Shown one piece after another: positions 56,553 through 64,000 of a stretch of 64,000 nucleotides of DNA. Origin of the DNA: Gemmatimonadales bacterium (GTDB taxonomy: Bacteria > Gemmatimonadota > Gemmatimonadetes > Gemmatimonadales > GWC2-71-9). Every line of letters begins with the position of its first letter. Position 1 is the first letter of the stretch. The stretch is from assembly GCA_039794085.1 (NCBI GenBank), contig JBDIWC010000005.1:60793-124792 (forward strand), written 5' to 3'. The position numbers and the translations under genes are program-made. The notes beneath the pieces are model-generated. The model ran no database searches and was not told where the DNA came from. It worked only from the letters and a program-made list of their open reading frames with translations.

Positions 56553-57347
56553 TCACGACCGTCCCGGGGGAGGGACATCGTGGCGCACCGGGCCGCGCCC
56601 CGCTCCGAGCCCGGGGGCGCTTGTGATGGCCCGGTGGAGCCAGTCGAGCGCATCCTCCACCGCCTGCTCCAGCGTGCGGCCGTGGGCGAGTCCCGCGGTG
56701 ATGGCGGCCGAGAGGGAGCAGCCGGTGCCATGGGTCGAGGTGGTGGGAATGCGGCGATGGCGGAAGGCACGGGTGCCCTCCGCGGTGACCAGAAGATCGA
56801 GCAGGTCATCTCCGGTGAGGTGACCACCCTTGACGAGGACGGCCGGGGCGCCCGCGTCGAGGAGTCGGAGGCCCGCCTCGCGCATCGAGGCCTCGTCGTG
56901 GACCGGCAGGCCGGTGAGAAGGGCTGCCTCGTCGAGATTCGGCGTCACGAGAGTGGCGAGGGGCACCAGAGCCTCCCGGAGGTCCGTCTCGGCGGCGGGC
57001 TCGAGGAGCCGGTCGCCGGAAGTGGCCACCATGACGGGATCGAGCACGTAGGGGCGCCAGCCGGTGTCCCGGAGAGCGTTGGCCACGAGCCGGATGGTCG
57101 CCGGGGTGCCGAGCATGCCGGTCTTGACGGCGGCGGGAGGGAGGTCGTCGCGGAGGGCATCCAACTGCGCGGTGATGCTGGAGGCGGGGATGGGGTGCAC
57201 ATCGCGCACGCCGAGCGTGTTCTGGGCGGTGACCGAGACGATCACCGACGTGCCGTACACGCCGAAGGAGTGGAAGGTCTTGAGATCCGCCTGGATTCCG
57301 GCGCCACCTCCCGAATCCGAGCCGGCGATGGTCAAGGCGATGGGCAT
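56553..57347 (-). CDS. thiD: Hydroxymethylpyrimidine/phosphomethylpyrimidine kinase
   Basis: [38 protein letters not shown]. Confidence 0.95.
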   Translation of the reverse strand: MPIALTIAGSDSGGGAGIQADLKTFHSFGVYGTSVIVSVTAQNTLGVRDVHPIPASSITAQLDALRDDLPPAAVKTGMLGTPATIRLVANALRDTGWRPYVLDPVMVATSGDRLLEPAAETDLREALVPLATLVTPNLDEAALLTGLPVHDEASMREAGLRLLDAGAPAVLVKGGHLTGDDLLDLLVTAEGTRAFRHRRIPTTSTHGTGCSLSAAITAGLAHGRTLEQAVEDALDWLHRAITSAPGLGAGRGPVRHDVPPPGRS

Positions 57348-57381
57348 CACGATGGGCACAACACCTCCCTGAGGAGCGACC

Positions 57382-58152
57382 ATGGGACAGGCGATGGTGA
57401 CACTCGCCCGCGACCTGCACCGGCGTCGCGGCCGGGAACGACGGGGCCTCACCCTCGCGGAGGGCATCCGGCTCGTGGAGGAGGCCCTGGCCGCCGGTGT
57501 CCCGATTCGCGGGGCCGTGGGAAGCGCCGCGCTGGAAGCTACACCGCGCGGGGCCGCACTTGCCACGTCGATCCGGGATCGAGGCGTGTCGCTGGAGATG
57601 GTGGATGACGCCACCTTCGCCTCGGTGTCGGACACCGAGCACCCCCAAGGGATCGTGGCCATCGTGGAGTGTCCCTCCTGGACCCTCGCGGATCTCCGCT
57701 GGCGGGATGGGAGCACCATGCTCCTGCTCGACGGGGTCCAGGATCCGGGGAACGCCGGTACCATCCTCCGGACGGCGTTTGCTCTTGGCGCCGATGGCGT
57801 GGTGGCGCTGCCGGGAACGGTGGACCTGAGCAACCCCAAGGTGATGCGCGGAGCGATGGGCGCCTCGTTCCGTCTGCCCCATGTGGCGGCCGACAGGGAC
57901 TCCTGCCTCGCGTGGATCGAGAGGGGCGGGGCCGAACTCTGGGTAGCCGATGCCGCGGGGATCCCCGTGCCGCGAGGTGATCGTCCGCGGCGACTGGCCC
58001 TCGCCGTGGGGAACGAGGGCGCCGGGGGGGGTGCTATCTTGCGGCAGCACGCCGTCCGGCAGGTTGCCATTCCGCTGCGGGCCGGTGCGGAATCGCTGAA
58101 CGTTGCCGTTGCCACCGCTCTTCTTCTGCACGAGGTCACGCGTGTCGATTGA
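57382..58152 (+). CDS. TrmH/SpoU-family RNA methyltransferase
   Basis: QDPGNAGTILR, GNEGAG, ESLNVA. Confidence 0.92.
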   Translation: MGQAMVTLARDLHRRRGRERRGLTLAEGIRLVEEALAAGVPIRGAVGSAALEATPRGAALATSIRDRGVSLEMVDDATFASVSDTEHPQGIVAIVECPSWTLADLRWRDGSTMLLLDGVQDPGNAGTILRTAFALGADGVVALPGTVDLSNPKVMRGAMGASFRLPHVAADRDSCLAWIERGGAELWVADAAGIPVPRGDRPRRLALAVGNEGAGGGAILRQHAVRQVAIPLRAGAESLNVAVATALLLHEVTRVD

Positions 58153-58915
58153 ATGGATGCAGGCGCTCTTTGCCGGGCTTTTCGGCTCCATCATCGGGAG
58201 CTTCCTCAACGTGTGCATCGTCCGGTGGCCGGCGGATCAGTCGGTGATCCGGCCGCGGAGCCGGTGCCCGCGGTGCCGGACACCGGTGGCCTGGTACGAC
58301 AACGTCCCGATCGTGTCCTGGTTGGTGCTCCGGGGCCGGTGCCGCGGATGCGGGGAACCGATCGGGGTCCTCTATCCGACGGTGGAACTTCTGGTGGCCC
58401 TGCTGTGGGCCGGGAACGCCTACGTGCATGGCTGGGCGTTGCCCGGTCTCGAAGGGTCCATCTTCGGTACGCTCCTCATCGGCATCGCGGCCACGGACAT
58501 GCGGGAGTACATCATCCCCGACGAGTTCACCATCGGCGGGCTCATCATCGGACTGATCCTCGCATCGCTCGGCGGGTTCTCCGGGATCGGTGAGGCACTC
58601 CTCGGGGCCGCGGTCGGCTTCGGGTTGCTGTACTCGGTGGGGGCCATCGGAGGCTGGGTGCTCAAGGCGGAGGCGATGGGAGGCGGAGACATCAAGATGA
58701 TGGCGATGGTGGGGGCCTTCGTCGGGTGGGAGGGGGTTCTCCTCACGGTGTTCCTCGGCGCCCTTGCGGGGACCCTCATCTTTCTCCCCCTGGCCCTGGC
58801 CGGGAAGAAGCCCCTTGTCCCCTTCGGCATCTTCCTCGCCCTCGGAGCCGAACTGACCTGGCTCTTCGGTCCCACCCTGGTGGAGTGGTGGAGCCGCTAC
58901 ACGGGACTCGCCTGA
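58142..58915 (+). CDS. pilD: Type IV prepilin peptidase
   Basis: GSFLNVCI, SRCPRC...GRCRGC, IIPD, MGGGDIK, PFG. Confidence 0.93.
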   Translation: MSIEWMQALFAGLFGSIIGSFLNVCIVRWPADQSVIRPRSRCPRCRTPVAWYDNVPIVSWLVLRGRCRGCGEPIGVLYPTVELLVALLWAGNAYVHGWALPGLEGSIFGTLLIGIAATDMREYIIPDEFTIGGLIIGLILASLGGFSGIGEALLGAAVGFGLLYSVGAIGGWVLKAEAMGGGDIKMMAMVGAFVGWEGVLLTVFLGALAGTLIFLPLALAGKKPLVPFGIFLALGAELTWLFGPTLVEWWSRYTGLA

Positions 58916-60153
58916 TGCGTCATTGCCGCCCCCTCGCCGTCGCCCTGCTGCTCCTCCTCGGGGTCCTGCCGGCCTGCCGCGGGACCCCCCGGCGTCCCGT
59001 CGGGCAGGAGGATCTGGAACAGCTGGTGGACAGCATGATCCCCGCGGTGGAGCGCGCGGCGGGGCTCACCTTCCGTACTCCCCCCACCTCCGCCATGCGC
59101 ACGCGGGAACAGGTGCGGGCCTATCTCGTCAACAAGCTGGAGCAGGAGTTCCCGCCCGAGCGCATCGCGGGCGTGGAGGCCGCGTACCGGCTCTTTGGAC
59201 TCCTCCCTGATTCGATCGACCTTCCCGCCCTGTTGCTCGATCTCTACTCGGAACAGGTGGCGGGGTTCTACGACCCCGATTCGCTGACCCTCTTTGGCGT
59301 GCAGGGGGGCGATCCCTCGCAGTTGCGGCTGGTGCTGGCTCACGAGCTGGTGCATGCGCTGCAACACCAGTATCTCCCCATCGATTCGCTTCTCACGCTG
59401 GAGCGCGACGCGGACCGTCTCACCGCCGGCCAGGCCGTGCTGGAAGGTCACGCCACGATCGCCTCGCTGCGGGTCCTGGTTCCGGGATCCGACGTGGTCA
59501 GCCAACCCGCATTCTGGGAGGCCTATCGCGATCAGATCCGTCTCCAGCAGTCCTCCATGCCGGTGTTCGCCTCGGCGCCGATGGTCCTGCGGGAGGGGCT
59601 CATCTTCCCCTATCTCAACGGGGCCGAATTCATGCGCTGGTGGTTGAGCTCGCATCCCGGGTCGGCCCTCCCGACGCGGGCCGAGCTTCCCCGGAGCACC
59701 GAGCAGATCCTCTTCCCGAGCCGGTATGCCGGGGGGGACGAGCCGGTCACCCTGCGCTTTGCCGATTCCGCGGGCACGGTGCTCTACGAGGACACGCTCG
59801 GCGAGATGGAGCTGCAGATCCTGCAGGCGGCGCAGCGCGGGTTGTCCACGGTGGCGGCCACGGCTCCGACCGGGTGGGGAGGAGACCGGTACCGGGTCTA
59901 CGGCACGGACGAGGGGCCGGCCCTGGTCTGGTACACGGTGTGGGACACCCCCGCCGTGGCCAACCGGTTCCTGACCACCACGGGCGCCCATCTTGCCGCG
60001 ATCACGCGCGAGGGGTATCGCGGTGTGGTGGAGACGGTGTCCGTGAAGGATCTTTCGGCCGTGCGGGTGGTCCTTGCTCCCCGGGGGTGGCCGGGCTGGC
60101 GGACGGTGCCGGGGATCGCGGTCCTGGACTCGCACGGCGGATCGGGTTCCTGA
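58915..60153 (+). CDS. Lipoprotein with HExxH zinc-metallopeptidase motif
   Basis: Lipobox LPAC, AGFYDP, LAHELVHALQ, LEGHA, GWGGD. Confidence 0.75.
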   Translation: MRHCRPLAVALLLLLGVLPACRGTPRRPVGQEDLEQLVDSMIPAVERAAGLTFRTPPTSAMRTREQVRAYLVNKLEQEFPPERIAGVEAAYRLFGLLPDSIDLPALLLDLYSEQVAGFYDPDSLTLFGVQGGDPSQLRLVLAHELVHALQHQYLPIDSLLTLERDADRLTAGQAVLEGHATIASLRVLVPGSDVVSQPAFWEAYRDQIRLQQSSMPVFASAPMVLREGLIFPYLNGAEFMRWWLSSHPGSALPTRAELPRSTEQILFPSRYAGGDEPVTLRFADSAGTVLYEDTLGEMELQILQAAQRGLSTVAATAPTGWGGDRYRVYGTDEGPALVWYTVWDTPAVANRFLTTTGAHLAAITREGYRGVVETVSVKDLSAVRVVLAPRGWPGWRTVPGIAVLDSHGGSGS

Positions 60154-60186
60154 GGGCCCTCAGAGAAGCCGGGTCCAGTGTTACGT

Positions 60187-60270
60187 CGTGGGTGCGCCGC
60201 GTGCGGCGCACCCGGAGCAGGGAAGTAGGATCTGCACCTGGTGCGCCGCAAGCGGCGCACCCACAGGGGA
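60187..60270. repeat. REP-like hairpin doublet (GTGGGTGCGCCGC...GCGCACCC)
   Basis: Two inverted copies; same family at 31934-31960, ~34684 and 34889-34914. Confidence 0.75.
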
Positions 60271-60398
60271 TGTGAGAGTCTGTCCGCCGCTCGGCGGGAC
60301 CCGAGGTTGGTGGCGCGACCGGGTCTGGTCCAGACCGGGACCGGGATCCCCTTGGCCTCTCTCCCACACAGGGGAGAGGGGAATGATGCGTGAGGCCG

Positions 60399-61961
60399 TC
60401 AGAGAAGGCGGGTGATGCCGAAAGCCAGCAGGCCCACGATTCCGCCGAGCAGGTAGCCAAGCCGCACGATGAGCCGGAGCTCCCGCTGGGTGACGTTCCG
60501 GATGATCTCTTCCATCCGCTGCATCGAGAACCCCAGCACCTTCTGTTCCACCATCTCCGGCACGCGCAGCCGCTCCACCACGGGGGGAATCTGGGTCTGG
60601 AGCCATCCCCACGAGGCATTGACCAGTCCCTCCTTGATGCGGGCCGTGGTGTCGGCTCCGAGCCAGTGGGCGGGGCGTCCGAGGGGACGATGCGTGAGGT
60701 CGCGGGCGGTGCGCGTCACCACCTGGGCCACCCAGGCCTGGCCCCGGTCGCTGCTCAGGGCGTTCCGGATGGCGTTCACGATCTGGTCGGGGGGAATGGT
60801 GGCCAGCACCTGGCCCCAGGTCCAGGTGCCCGCGCGGTCGAGGCCGTGGTCGAGGGCCCGCTGCAGCGAGTCGCGTGCGGCAGGACTCCGTGAGGCCGAG
60901 AGGGCCCAGTCCCCCAGGGCGCTGGTGAGGGCCACGCGCTGCTCGGGGGCGAGACGGGAGAGCCGCTCCCCCAGGGGCATCCGCAGGAGTCCGAGGAGCA
61001 TGCCCCGTACCGCCGCCGCGAGCTGGGTGCGCACCGCATCCGACTGCAGCGTCTCCCGCACCCGCTCGAATCCCTTGCCCGCGAGCCCCGACACCAGCCG
61101 CTCAAAGGTCGAGTCCTTCACCACCAGCCTGGCCAGCAGACGCTCGTGGAGGAGCATCTCGCGAGCCGCGCCGTCGAAGGCGTCGCGGAGCGCGGTGGTG
61201 ATAACGCTCTTGACGCCGGGATCGCCCAGCAGGTCGCCGAGGCGTTCGATGGCCGTGGGGAGGTAGTCACTGATGGCCTGCTCGACCGGCCCGACGATGC
61301 CCTCGGGGAGCCGATCCGCCAGCGGTCGCGGGTCCTGTTCCAGCGCTTCGAGACGACCCGCCACCCAGCTCCGAATGGTCTGGGTCAGACCATCGCTCTC
61401 CGCCAGATCGGTGGCCCAGGTATCCACCGTGCGGCGGATCGCTTCCCGGCGGGCCGGAGTGAGGAGGGCACCGACCGGCACGGTGTCCACTTCCTCCCGG
61501 AGCCGGCCGAGCCACCCCGTGAGTCCCTCGGCGAACCCCGGGGTCTCCGCCGCGTCGGCCAGACGGCGCGCCAGATTGGGACCAAGCGAGGCGACGAACT
61601 CCTCGAGGACCGGGCCGGCGGGCCCTTCCAGGATCTGCTCCAGTGATCCGTACTCCCGCTGCAGGAGATCGTCGGCCATGCGCCCCACGGCCTCGGAAAA
61701 CGCCTCCCGTACGGCGGGGGCGCTCAACCGCTCGGCGAGGTCCTCCGGAGTGAGGAGCCGTTCGCCCACGGTTTTTCCGATGCTCCGGGCCAGTCGGGCC
61801 TTGTTCTTGCTGATCGCCCCGTGGAGACGAAAGGGACCGATGCGCACCTCGTCATAGGGATGGAACAGCATCCAGATGGCGATCGCGTTGGTCAGGCCGC
61901 CGGCCATGGCCCCGGCTCCGACGGTGAAGCCCAGAGAGAGGAGAGTCTGTTGGTCAACCAT
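60399..61961 (-). CDS. DUF445 family membrane-anchored protein
   Basis: GGLTNAIAIWMLFHPY N-terminus, ELRLIVRLGYLLGGIVG C-terminus. Confidence 0.88.
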   Translation of the reverse strand: MVDQQTLLSLGFTVGAGAMAGGLTNAIAIWMLFHPYDEVRIGPFRLHGAISKNKARLARSIGKTVGERLLTPEDLAERLSAPAVREAFSEAVGRMADDLLQREYGSLEQILEGPAGPVLEEFVASLGPNLARRLADAAETPGFAEGLTGWLGRLREEVDTVPVGALLTPARREAIRRTVDTWATDLAESDGLTQTIRSWVAGRLEALEQDPRPLADRLPEGIVGPVEQAISDYLPTAIERLGDLLGDPGVKSVITTALRDAFDGAAREMLLHERLLARLVVKDSTFERLVSGLAGKGFERVRETLQSDAVRTQLAAAVRGMLLGLLRMPLGERLSRLAPEQRVALTSALGDWALSASRSPAARDSLQRALDHGLDRAGTWTWGQVLATIPPDQIVNAIRNALSSDRGQAWVAQVVTRTARDLTHRPLGRPAHWLGADTTARIKEGLVNASWGWLQTQIPPVVERLRVPEMVEQKVLGFSMQRMEEIIRNVTQRELRLIVRLGYLLGGIVGLLAFGITRLL

Positions 61962-61964
61962 GGC

Positions 61965-62648
61965 ATGAACATGGACGCACCGCCCGCGAAACGGGAGAGG
62001 GAGGAGGAGGGCATCTCCCTGGGCACCGTCGTGGATGCCGCCGGAGACCTCGGTCTTGCGGCATTGTTTCTGGTGTCCTGGCTCGCGCCCGGGGACGCCC
62101 TGGCCCTTCCGCTCCGGGTTCTCCTCCTCACGATGCTGCTGGAGTTCATCGTGGTCCACTCGACCGGGTTCATGGGTATGGCCGCCCTCGCCCCCGGAAG
62201 TTCCGCCCGCCGTGCCCGGGTCATTCTCGGACTCGGCCTGTTTTACACCCTGTTCGTGGGGGGGGTTGCACTCGGCTTCCGCACCTGGTCGCCGCTCATC
62301 GCCTTCTGGGGCCTCACTCTCAACCGCTCACTCGGGGCCCTGCTCACGTCGCCTCCGGCGGGGAAGGAGGAACTGCAGATGCGAAAGAGGTGGGCGGCCG
62401 TGACCATGGCATATCTGCTGGCGGTCGGGGTCACCACGGTCCTTCCCGTCCCTCCCTTGGGGATCACCCGCGCCGTGGTGAGCGCGGCGGACCTCCCGTC
62501 GAGTGGCCTGTGGGTGTCGGAACCGTACCGGGTGGCGGCGGCGGGGGTGTTGCACTTCGGGCTCTCGGGGTTCTCCGCGCTGTGGGGGCATCGGTGGGTC
62601 AGCGACCGGTCGATCCCGCGAGGGTCGGGAACTCGACGATCTCGATGA
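61965..62648 (+). CDS. Hypothetical multi-pass membrane protein
   Basis: About 6 hydrophobic segments; EFIVVHSTGF; start uncertain. Confidence 0.65.
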   Translation: MNMDAPPAKREREEEGISLGTVVDAAGDLGLAALFLVSWLAPGDALALPLRVLLLTMLLEFIVVHSTGFMGMAALAPGSSARRARVILGLGLFYTLFVGGVALGFRTWSPLIAFWGLTLNRSLGALLTSPPAGKEELQMRKRWAAVTMAYLLAVGVTTVLPVPPLGITRAVVSAADLPSSGLWVSEPYRVAAAGVLHFGLSGFSALWGHRWVSDRSIPRGSGTRRSR

Positions 62649-63819
62649 TCTGGCGGCCTTCAGGATCACTTCTGAACCCCAGCGCACGATTCCCGGCCAG
62701 GGACGTCGGCACGAATCCGACCGGCATCGTGACGAACCCGAGTTCCTCTCCCGAGGGCGACAGGATCATCCAATCCGGCGGGGTCGTTTCGCTCTTCTCC
62801 TCGCGCTGAAGCCAGATTCTCCCGTCGTCGCCGAGGAGCACGCGGTGCACCGGCAGTTGGTGAGGGGGAAGGAACAGCGCCTGACGCACCCGCTCCGCCA
62901 TGGCTTGTGCCCCGCTCCCCGCCGACCGGGAGCGTTCGGCGATCGCGCGCTCGATCATGTCGCGTCGGATGGGGACCGGGTCGTACGGATAGTCCCGGGT
63001 GAACAGGTCCGTGCCGTGGGGGGTGATCCGCCTGACCTGAAACGATCTCGACCCGGCCCTGACCGTGCGATCCACGATGACGAGGTGGCCATCGTGCGTC
63101 CCGATCCGGAAGAGCGGATCATCATCGAACGGCTGCGGCCCTGTGATGCTGCCGTTCCCCGTCGGGATGTCGAGAACCCGATCGGGGAACTCCATCGAGA
63201 ACACCGTGTCCAGCGCCGCGCGATCGAGGCGCCACACCATGAAGGTTCGCTTCCGGTCCGAGGATCCGCCCTGAAGGGGTCGCTCCGCGGCGAGCACCAC
63301 GCTGCTGTCGGGCAGCAGGATCGCAGTGGACAGGGGCCCGGGAAGGGACCGGGACGACCGGAATTTCCCGCTCTCCGGGTCGAGAACGGACAAGCGGGAC
63401 AACCGGAAGTCGTACACCCAAAGACCGTACTGATTCACCCCGATGGTCCCCGGCGCACGGAACTCTCCCGGTCCACTTCCGAGCCGTCCGAAGGATCGGA
63501 CCCAGGTGCCGTCGTGTCGGAACAGGTGCAGGAAGGGTTCGCTCATGTCCACGACGATCAGAGCGTCCGGGGTGTGCAGGACGCGGCCCACGCGACCGAT
63601 GACGTATCCCTCGCCCTCCGCGGGAATGCTGAGGATGACCGTTGGGCGGGATCCCCCTCGTGAACCATGAAGGGTGTCGCTTCGAGAGGAGGCGGCGTCG
63701 GCGTTCAGGAGGTTCCTCCCCTCGGGCGACCCGTCCCTCCCGCCTGGTGCACCCGCCGATCTCGTTTCCGAGGGGGCACAGGAAGTCAGGATCAGTGCGA
63801 CGAGGAGCGACGCTCGCAT
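62599..63819 (-). CDS. 6-bladed beta-propeller lipoprotein
   Basis: Lipobox LTSC, FGRLGSGPGEF, DDGRIWL. Confidence 0.8.
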   Translation of the reverse strand: MRASLLVALILTSCAPSETRSAGAPGGRDGSPEGRNLLNADAASSRSDTLHGSRGGSRPTVILSIPAEGEGYVIGRVGRVLHTPDALIVVDMSEPFLHLFRHDGTWVRSFGRLGSGPGEFRAPGTIGVNQYGLWVYDFRLSRLSVLDPESGKFRSSRSLPGPLSTAILLPDSSVVLAAERPLQGGSSDRKRTFMVWRLDRAALDTVFSMEFPDRVLDIPTGNGSITGPQPFDDDPLFRIGTHDGHLVIVDRTVRAGSRSFQVRRITPHGTDLFTRDYPYDPVPIRRDMIERAIAERSRSAGSGAQAMAERVRQALFLPPHQLPVHRVLLGDDGRIWLQREEKSETTPPDWMILSPSGEELGFVTMPVGFVPTSLAGNRALGFRSDPEGRQIIEIVEFPTLAGSTGR

Positions 63820-64000
63820 GGCATGCCTTCAGGCGTGAGGAATCGCGGGGTCGCGCCGGGCGGGTATCCGGGATGGCTCTTCCCCTGATCGAGTGGGTAA
63901 GTTAGCCTGCATCCATGAGAGATCGAGATCTGTATAGCAGGATTTTGGGCCTCCAGAGCCCGTGGCGCGTGTCCGAGGTGGAGCTTGCCTTGGGCCAAGG

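Noticed and set aside
56553..58139. 528-aa ORF as an extended ThiD
   Set aside because: The extension is antisense to the TrmH gene; ThiD motifs begin at 57347.
63792..64000. Gene or peptide at the right edge
   Set aside because: All three minus frames are open briefly with no recognisable motif; cannot be called without the next window.
1..64000. tRNA, rRNA, transposase, integrase, reverse transcriptase or prophage genes
   Set aside because: None recognised in the ORF track or intergenic sequence; tRNAscan/Infernal would be needed to exclude small RNAs.

Overview
High-GC bacterial chromosome segment. The gene content (many lipoprotein beta-propellers, gene style) suggests Gemmatimonadota, but this is inference only. 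Layout: (1) 0.2-16.5 kb flagellar/chemotaxis cluster: FlgM-like, CheY, CheZ-like, a His-less pseudo histidine kinase, porin-YfiR-MCP, PAS-MCP, CheA/W/B/R/X, PilZ, CheY and a hybrid kinase. (2) A sulfite-oxidase-family gene, then a 17.8-25.4 kb region with four intact type II toxin-antitoxin pairs and two remnants around U32 and rhomboid genes. (3) deoC, an ALDH16-type dehydrogenase, a CFA-like methyltransferase and an MFS transporter. (4) Two accessory inserts rich in short repeats: a frameshifted lipoprotein zinc metallopeptidase cassette bracketed by nested inverted repeats (31.6-35.0 kb), and a more AT-rich operon (38.8-41.1 kb) encoding a poly-C-interrupted membrane thioredoxin, a 6-Cys secreted peptide and a beta-propeller lipoprotein, which is the best candidate for an undescribed system. 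(5) arsR-phoBR-STAS-pstSCABB-phoU-ppx, divergent from a nucleotide/nucleoside salvage operon. (6) thiD, trmH-like, pilD, an HExxH lipoprotein, DUF445 and a third beta-propeller. No rRNA, tRNA, CRISPR array, integrase or transposase was recognised. All calls are from reading the sequence; no database searches were run.
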